From the human T2T-CHM13v2.0 reference genome, Homo sapiens: DNA of 64,000 bases. This document shows positions 52,735-64,000 of the stretch, in pieces (the stretch's first letter is position 1; each line of letters begins with the position of its first letter). The notes beneath the pieces were generated by a model, which made no database searches, was not told the origin of the DNA, and saw only the letters and a program-made list of their open reading frames with translations. The stretch is taken from assembly GCF_009914755.1 (NCBI RefSeq), contig NC_060932.1, one strand, 5' to 3'. A program made the translations under genes and the position numbers.

Positions 52735-54039
52735 GTCTATAGGATAAGTCAAGCCAAGGTTCAAATAACCAAGGTGAAGTCAGAGCCAGGAGATTGGAGG
52801 AAGCTAAGATAGAATCTGAGCCAAATCAGAGAATGGAGGTTCTGGGAAATTGCTCTGCACACTGGTGGCTATTTTCAGCTACCCTTCATCTTCTGCAGGT
52901 GCAGCTTGGGAGTGGGTTGGGCTAATTTACAGGGCCAGAAGCAAGAAGACAGGTAGGGAAGTATTTGCAGGCTTTTCTGCAGGTCATTCTGACCCCTTTG
53001 AAATTACAGCTTGTGGTCTGTTACTCCTCTGCATTCAAAAGGATTCATCTTTGTCAGTGCCTTTCTGGGAGAGTGGGCCTGGCTTGGAGATGTCACTGTG
53101 GATCCAGAATTTTGCCACTGGGTGAGTCTAGTCCCCTTACCCAATGCAGCAATCAACTCTGCAGCATTCTCAATAGCAGGTCAGGGATCCCCGTTCAACA
53201 GTAGAATTCAACGGAATGCATTCTATTTGTTGGCAAGTACTTCCTTTGGATGGCCCAAAGTGCCTATCACCTTGCAGATAGTAAGTGCTCGCACATATTC
53301 ATTGAAACAGTAAGTGGCTTGTATTGAACAGACATCTGATCCTTTCAACTGTCTCCCTTCTGGTTCTAACAGCGGTGGCTGCAGCAGCACAGGACCTGTC
53401 CACCCTAGCTTTCATTTGAAGGTCCCATTTTGCTTCCCATAGTCTCTTCTCTAAGAGAAATGTATCCTTCATTTCTTCCAAAGTTCCTAGTATGAATTGC
53501 AGACCCAGAAGACTGCAAGTGAAATGACTAACAAGCAGAGAGATAAGAAAGGGGCCCAGAAAATTAAATTGTGCATAAAATTAAGGAGGCTATGTTGGGG
53601 TACAGAAGAGAATGGGCAGCGGTAGAGCTAAACATGAGGCTGATGAGACAGGTAAGTTAGGATTGAAGCTCACAGAGGCAGGGCGATCATGGACAGCTCT
53701 TTTTCTGTGGGCCCTACGTGTTTCACCAGGGCCCGGAGGATTTGGGTAGGAGTTGAGCAGGACTAGTCAGGGTCAGGTTGAAATGACCGTCACTAAAAGT
53801 CCCAGATTCTTGGTCCATGAGTTGCAGCCGAGTCAGGACACAACAATCCTGTGCTTCACCATTGGAATTTTGGACATAACTTTAGGGCTTTCCCTCATCC
53901 TCATTAAATTAAATCTTGTTGATTGTAATCAGCCAAAACCATTTGAACCTCATTTCTGGAGAGTGTTATCTATCCCTTTCAACTTTCTGTCATGCATCAA
54001 ATGTATAAAGTGACTTTTTTTTCTTTTTCATTTAAAATT

Positions 54040-54325
<286 letters not shown>

Positions 54326-54909
54326 ATAATCTGACTTTGATCTCTACATCTAAATAATTGACAAAATGTGACCAAGCAGCTCATTAGTGACTGCTTTTCA
54401 AACTGAAACCTGTACAAACCATCACAATTGACTATGGGCTGTTCAACTCGCTGTTTGTTTATTTATTCATTTGTTCATGGGTAAAATGCTGTGCTGTTCA
54501 GGGGATGGTGGTATCTTGCCCTGATGGTGCTTGGGAGGAGGACTGTCTCTGGGAGTGCCTTCTGTGTCCACAGGCCTTTCTAAGGAAATGGTACTGATGG
54601 AGGCACCATTAGCCACAGTGTTTCGCACCGTGAGACTCATTCTTCCTCCAGCTGCACTTGATTGAACCTGACTCAAAAGCAGCCAACTCATGGGCTGCCC
54701 ATGGCCTGTGGGAGTCTTGGGGTGAGGAGCTCTGCCTAGATGGGGTGAGCTAGTCCAACCAAGTACGTATTCCCAGGGATTTGAATTTAAAAAATGGAGA
54801 GGCCCAGTGTTTTAACAGAAAGAAACTGAGGCTGACATGTTGCCCAGAGAGGGAATAAACTTATTAATATGAGGTCATGAAGTGCCTGAACAAACAATGA
54901 GGAAGCTTA

Positions 54910-55188
54910 TTCATTTATTTATTTATTCATTCATTCTAGACAGGGTTTCACTCTTTCTCTCAGGCTGGACTGCAGTGACATGATCAGAGCTCACTGCAGC
55001 CCGACCTCCTGGGCTCAAGGGATCCTCTCACCTCAGCCTCCTGAGCAGTTGGGACTACAGGCACACACCACCATGCCAAGCTAATTTTCTTTTTTTCTTT
55101 TTCTTTTTTTTTGTAAACACAGGGTCTGGTTATGTTGCCCAAGTTGGTCTCAAACTCCTGGCTTCAAGCAATCCTCCTGCCTCAGCCT
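54910..55188 (-). mobile_element. AluJ
   Basis: Alu consensus with (ATTT/ATTC)n head. Confidence 0.92.
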
Positions 55189-56637
55189 TTAATTTGCTGG
55201 AGGATCAGACGTTAATTTGTCAATATGGTGAACTAATATAATTTGGGAATTCTTCTGATACAAACAACTGGAAATCCTAAATATGATATAACAAATATCC
55301 CTTTAAACATATAACTGAACATGTAAAAAAACTAAAAGAAATTCCCACGTTCAAAATTAAAGAGTAAACTGAAAAATAGACTGATAAATATGTGGTCAGA
55401 GACTGTGGCAGCCCTGGTAGGAGCACGGCTTGTTTTCAGACCTGGTGATGGCCAAGGGTTGGGTCTGAACCTTCTCAGGGACACAGGCTTGGGCCTGCTT
55501 CAGGCAGAGGGGTTGGAACCAAGGCTCTTGCTTAAAGTCAGAATCATTTGTCAGCCTCATGCACAGTAAACTAATGGACTAAAATACATTCATTCACCAG
55601 CAGAAGGAGACAGCAAGGAGGCCTATCTGCTATGACTTGGGTCTGAATGGGAAGAAGGACCCCCTGAGAATTTGTAGTCACAGCCTGTACCTTGGCTGAG
55701 TTTGGTTCTAATTTATACTATCTGGGTGGCCAGGAATCCTCCAGCTAAGACTTTAATGTTAAAATGTCCTAAGGCTGACACTACTGACGGCCTGGAGAGA
55801 TGGGCAGCAGCAAACGCAAAATCCCACTGGAAGGACACACCCTGATCCCTGGCTTTAAAGGATTTCCACAGATGGGATTCTGCTGGATGTGGCTCAAAAT
55901 TTAAAACTCACTGGGAAACAATCCATCATTAGTGTGTATCAGCGGCCATGACTAGTAACTTCTGAAAATGGAACTACTAGATAGAAATTCATAAAAGTAT
56001 ATGCTCAAAAAGATTGAAGACATAAATGAAAGTAACGAAAAATGTAAGAAAAGAGAAAAATATGATGAAAAAATGACAGGCACATGAAATAAAAAATATA
56101 GGCACCAAAATTAAAATATAATGTTGTATAAAACAGCACATTTATACAAAACAGAACATAAATAAACTTAAATCTAGAATTAAAGAAATTGTCCATAATT
56201 CATTGCAAAGGTTTGAAAATATATAAAATGTAAAAAAGATGTTAAGAGACATGAAGGATGGACTAAAAAGGTTCGCTATGTATCTAACAGAAGTTCCAGA
56301 AAGAAAAATAAAAACAATGAGGCAAAGACAATATTTTAGAGGAAATGGTTGATAATTTTCCAGAGTTGATGAGAGACATGAATCATAGATTCAGAAATCA
56401 TAGGGGTCACAGGCAGAATAAATCAAATGAAATAATAACCAGACACATTATGGTCAAAATGCAGAACCTCAGAGACCAAAAGGAAGTCTTAAAAGGAACC
56501 AGGGCACTCTACAAGGGGAGAACAATTAGACTATCATCAGATTTCTGAATAGTCAAAATAGAAGCCTGAAAATCATGTATCAAAATGCTCAGAATCCTAG
56601 TAAAAAAAAATTTTTTTTATACCTGGCTAAACTATCA

Positions 56638-57165
<528 letters not shown>

Positions 57166-59229
57166 TCAAAAAAATGCAAAAAATACAACAATAAAATATA
57201 ATTATGGTCAGATCATGGTGGATGGCAGGCAGGACTAGATTGCAGCTCCAACTTGGACAGACAGAGCAGCACGCAGAGGCTTGCATTGCGAATTTCTGCT
57301 CCAGTACAACTGCAGGAATAAATCAGGAAACCTGAGAGGACCCACAGACCCCCTGAAGGAAGTGGATTGCTCCTGCAGGCCCCAGGAGACACCCTAAATA
57401 CTGTGAGGGCCCAAACTGTGGACGTGGGGAAGGGAGATCGTCCACCCCCAAACACACACCCCCGACTGGGGAAACTGAAGGCCTAGATTACAAGAGAAGA
57501 TTTTGACCTTACCTGAAGCTGAGTTAATTTAGAGAGCCGAGCAAAATACAGGGTAGAGGAAGCAGCGAGAAAAGTCCTGGGAGCTTGATGGGTCCCCTAG
57601 GGTTTTTGCCTGGCCTCACAGGAGTGCTTCGGGATGGTGGCCAGAAGTGCTGGGAAAAGGCCACAGGGAGAAGAAAATCTCCAGCTGAACTTTGTAACAA
57701 TTTGAACTGATGGAGAAGCCTTCTGGCCAGAACCTGGGGGGAGGGCGTGAATCTGGTGTGCAGACTCCACAGGCAGGGGAAGAAGGAAAGCCTATTTGCT
57801 TTTGCAGCTGGGAGGCCGGTAGCCTGGGGCAAGTTCTCAGCCCTGCTTGCCCACTCCCTGGAAACAGACTTGGTGCTGTTAGGAGGTGCACAGTGGGAGT
57901 GAGACTGGCCCTTCAAGTTGCATGGGAGCTGGGTGAGGCCTGTGACTGCCAGCTTTCCCCCACTTCCATGACAGCCTGCCTGACACAGTAAAGACAGTCA
58001 TAATCATCCTAGGAACATAACTCCATTGACCTGGGAACCTCATCCCATCTCCCACAGCAGCCAAAGCAAGACTCGCCCAAGGAGAGTGTGAGCTCAGACA
58101 TGCCTAGTTCTGCCCCCACCCAGTGGTCCTTCCCTACCCACCCTGGTAGCTGAAGACAAAGGGCATATATACTCTGGGGAGTTCTAGGGCCCCACCCACT
58201 GCCTGTTCCTCCCCATATTGCCACCTCTGATGCTCTCTGGAAAGTGCCACCTCCTGGCAGAGGGCCAACCAGCACAAAAATAGTGCATTAAACCACCAAA
58301 GCTAAGAACCCTCACAGAGTCCATTTCACCCCCCTGCCACCTCCACCGTTACAGGTGCTGGTATCCATGGCTGAGAGACCCACAGATGGTTCACATCATA
58401 GGACTCTGTGCAGATAACCCTCAGTACCAGCCTGGAGCCGGGTAGACTTGCTGGGTGGCTAGATCCAGAAGAGAGATAACAATCACTATAGCTCGGCTCT
58501 TAGGAAGGCACATCCATAGGAAAAAGGGGAGAGTACTACATCAAGGGAACACTCCCACGGGACAAAGGAATCTGAACAACAGCCTTCAGCCCTGGACCTT
58601 CCCTCTGACAGAGCCTACCCAAGTAAGAAGGAACCAGAAAACCAACTCTGGTAATATGACAAAACAAGATTCTTTAACACCCCCCAAAAATTACACTAGC
58701 TCACAGCAATGGACCCAAACCAAGAAGAAATCCCTGATTTACCTTAAAAAGAATTCAGGAGGTTAGTTATTAAGCTAATCAGGGAGGTACCAGAGAATGG
58801 TGAAGCCCAATGTAAGGAAATCCAAAAAATGATACAAGAAGTGAAGGGAGAAATATTCAAGGAAATAGGTAGCATAAATAAAAAACAATCAAATCTTCAG
58901 GAAACAATGGACACACTTATAGAAATGCAAAATGCTCTGGAAAGCCTCAGCAATAGAATCGAAAAAGCAGAAGAAAGAAATTCAGAGCTTGAAGACAAGG
59001 TCTTTGAATTAACCCAATCCAACAAAGGCAAAGAAAAATAATAAGAATATATGAACAAAGCCTCCAGGAAGTCTGGGATTATGTTAAATGACCAAACTAA
59101 AAATAATCAGTGTTCCTGAGGAAGAAGAGAAATCTAAAAGTTTGGAAAACATATTTTGGGGAATAATCAAGGAAAACTTCCCCGACCTTGTTAGACACCT
59201 AGACATCAAAATACAAGAAGCACAGAGAG

Positions 59230-59573
<344 letters not shown>

Positions 59574-59764
59574 TCATTGCCTAGGCACATTGTCATCAGG
59601 TTATCTAAAGATAAGATGAAAGAAAGAATCTTAAGAGCTGTGAGACAAAAGCACCAGGTAACCAATACAGGAAAACTTATCAGATTAACAGCAGATTTCT
59701 CAGCAGAGAAATTTGTCTGACAAACGACAAATATCCAGAATCTACAATGATCTCAAACAAATCA

Positions 59765-59977
<213 letters not shown>

Positions 59978-61739
59978 GTGGGCTAAGGACATGAGTAGAC
60001 AGCTCTCAAAGGAAGATATACAAATGGCCAACAAACATATGAAATAATGCTCAACATCACTAATGATCAGGGTGATGCAAATCAAAACCACAATGCCATA
60101 CCACTTTACTCCTGCAAGGATGGCCATAATCAAAAAATCAAAAGACAGTAGATGTTGGCATGAATGTGGTGAACGGGGAACACATCTACACTGCTGGTAG
60201 GAACATAAACTAGTACAACCACTATGGAAAACAGTGTGGAGATTCCTTAAAGAACTAAAAGTGGAACTACCATTTGATCCAGCAATCCCACTAATGGGCT
60301 ACCCAGAGGAAAAGAAGTCATTATATAAAGAAGATACTTGCGCACGCATGTTTATAGCAGCACAATTTGCAATTGCAAAAACATGGAACCAACCCAAATG
60401 CCCATCAATCAACGAGTGGATAAAGAAACTGTGATATATATATATACACACACATATATATATATGATAGAATACTACTCAGCCATAAAAAGGAGTGAAT
60501 TAATGGCATTCACAGTGACCTTGGGTGAGACTGGGGACTATTATTCTAAGTGAAGTAACTCAGGAATGGAAAACCAAACATCGTATATTCTCACTCATAC
60601 GTGGGAGCTAAGCTATGATGATGCAAAGGCATAAGAATGACACAATGGACTTTGGGGACTTAGGGGGAAAGGGTAGACAGGGTGTGAAGGATAAAAGACT
60701 ACCAATAGGGTGCAATAGATACTGCTTGGGTGATGGGTGCACCAAAATCTCACAATTCACCACTAAAGAAATTACTCATGTGACCAAATACCACCTGTAC
60801 CCCAATAACCTATGGAAATAAAAGTAAAAAATATAAAATAATAATTATGTTTAAGGAAGTGACACCTGTTATTTATCCTTGCTTGCCTAAGGCCTTGAAG
60901 CAAAGTATTAAGTAGACCACAATCATGAATGATTTCTGGAAGAACAGCTCCCTATTAAATATTTAGCCCTAACCCCAGCTTATTATGTAGAAATAGTGTG
61001 TCATGTACAAGTGGGATAGCTGTCTCAGTGCAAATTCATCCACAGCCCTCGCTCGGGAAAAAATCCAGAGAGAAATGCCTTACTCAGTAGTGCCATGGTA
61101 GTTTTATTTTGAGAAACTTTATTACCTATAACTGCAACTTTCAAAAAATATTTTTTAAAATGTTTATAATTGTAATGTTTCTTTATTTGTATAAATAACA
61201 TTATTTAAAAAATAATTCAGTATAACAACTATTTACATAGCATTTACATTGTATTAGCTATTATAACTAATTTAGAGATGCTATAAAGTATACAAGAGGT
61301 TGTGCGTAGGTTATATGCAAATACTATGCCATTTTATATCAGGGACTTGAGCATCTGAAGATTTTGGTATCCAGAGGAGCCCCGGAATCAGTTCCCTGTG
61401 GATACTTAGGGAGGATTGTATATGAAAATATGAACATGCATTGACTGAATAAAACAATGATGATTAACTCTGGGGGTGTGACAAGAGGTGGGATTAGATA
61501 CTGAGCACCTACACTGAATACGGGCAGAAACGATAAGTTATAATGCTAAATTCAAGTATTATTTAGGAAGGGGATAAAAATGCTGATGTAGGCAAATATG
61601 CATGTTATAGCAGACATAGAAATGTACTGCTTAACTCTCTCTTCAAGAAAGAACTTGAAGCTGGGCACTGTGGCTTACACCTATAATCCCAGCACTTTGG
61701 GAGGCCAAGTGGGAGGATTGCTTGAGCCCAAGAGTTTGA

Positions 61740-62093
<354 letters not shown>

Positions 62094-62785
62094 TGAACTC
62101 CTGACCTCAAATGATCCACCTGCCTCAGCCTCCCAAAGTGCTGGGATTACAGGTGTAAGCCACTGCAATGGTTACATATATATATATATAATTTTGCTTA
62201 TACATATGTATAAGCAAAAATGGACAGACTTTTAAGAAGAAATTGGTAATTAATAATCACACTGGTAGATTTTTACATTTCTCTTGGTAATTAATAGATC
62301 AATCAGATCAAAAAATTAGCATATAGAAGATTTGAATAATACAATTAGTAAGCTTGATATAACAGATATATAAAGATCCCTGTGCTCACTCTGTTCACTC
62401 CCTCTTCACCCATCAATTATAATAGTCATTTAGCGGAAAGAAATTGTATGACACAAAATCCAGACGACATAAAAGAAACAAAATTGATACATTTGATTAC
62501 ATAAAGACTAACACTTTCTCCACGGCTGAAAATACTACCAACCAAGTCAAAATCCAAACAACAAACAGTAGGATATTTACCACATAAACAGCAGACAGAG
62601 GACTCCTTTCTTCAATCTATATGGAACTTCTACAAACTAATAAAGACCCCAATGCAATAAAAATAAAGGACATGCACAGAATTCACAGCAAAGGACATCC
62701 AAGTGGCTCTTAAATTACATGAGGCAGGGCCTGGTGGCTTATGCCTGTAATCCCAGCACTTTGGGAGGCCGAGGTGGGCAGATCA

Positions 62786-63061
<276 letters not shown>

Positions 63062-63079
63062 TCAGAAAAGAAATGCAAA

Positions 63080-63409
<330 letters not shown>

Positions 63410-63944
63410 TAACTACCACTCTAATTAAGTATAGAACAGTTCTATCATCCCCAAAGCTCCCTTGTGCTATTCCTTTTTATTTCTTTCCTCCTTCCAATCC
63501 TAACCCCTGGCAACTACTGATTTCTTCTTCATCACTATAGCTTTGCCTTTCTTAGTTTGACCCTTGTTGTTGTTTTGGATTCTAAAAAATCATGCACATG
63601 TATTATCAATTAAAAACTAAATATATTTTGTTATTCATTGCCTAAATACTACCTCTTCCCTGAAGCATTTCCTGATTCCCTCAACTGGATAATTTCTCCT
63701 TCTCTAGGAAATCCCATGCCCTTCATTTGTATCTTTTATGCCACATATTATATTCTGTCTTGTGTTATGCTTGTGGACATGTTCTAGGTCCTTCCTCCTG
63801 AATTTTTAGCTTGAGAGCAGAAACTCTGTGTTGACCATGTTTCCTTGCCATCTGGGACCCAGGAAGCACTGCCCCATCCAGGGTTAACTAATTCCTAGAG
63901 ATAACACACAACTCTCCTGCAAGCTCATTTATAAAAAGTGTTGA

Positions 63945-64000
63945 ATTTTTTTATTTCCACAGGTTTTTGGGGAACAGCTGGTATTTGTTTACCTGAGCAA
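63945..64000 (-). mobile_element. L1PB-type 3' terminus running off the window
   Basis: Reverse complement 'aaataccagctgttccccaaaaacctgtggaaataaaaaa' matches the L1PB end seen at 60786-60823. Confidence 0.8.

Noticed and set aside
63800-63930. Possible LTR start (tgttgaccatgtttccttgccatc...ttcctagagataac)
   Set aside because: Too short before the L1 interruption and window edge to assign a family

Overview
This is a human genomic window; an AluYb8 insertion at 59.8 kb, from a human-specific subfamily, fixes the species. It is non-coding and dense in repeats. I find no supportable protein-coding gene, RNA gene or CRISPR array. Nearly all ORFs in the track are translations of Alu, L1 or simple repeats, or chance ORFs in GC-rich unique DNA. 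Layout: (i) 1-16 kb is decayed antisense LINE-1 sequence packed with about 27 Alus and several LTRs. (ii) 17-54 kb is GC-richer, partly unique DNA with MIR/L2, DNA-transposon fossils, solo LTRs (MER39-group, MER41A), a 267-bp GAA/TTC tract, two minisatellites and some candidate cis-regulatory motif clusters. (iii) 55-64 kb is a sense-strand nest: old L1M > MER2B > unexplained ~350-bp insert > internally deleted L1PB1 > AluY and AluYb8. Repeat subfamily names come from recalled consensus sequences, not from a RepeatMasker run, and Alu boundaries are approximate to about 10 bp. I could not identify the chromosomal locus. I see no evidence for a new biological system. The best leads are the Alu-tail GAA tract, the orphan insert, the young Alus, the deleted L1PB1 and the candidate regulatory element near 19 kb.
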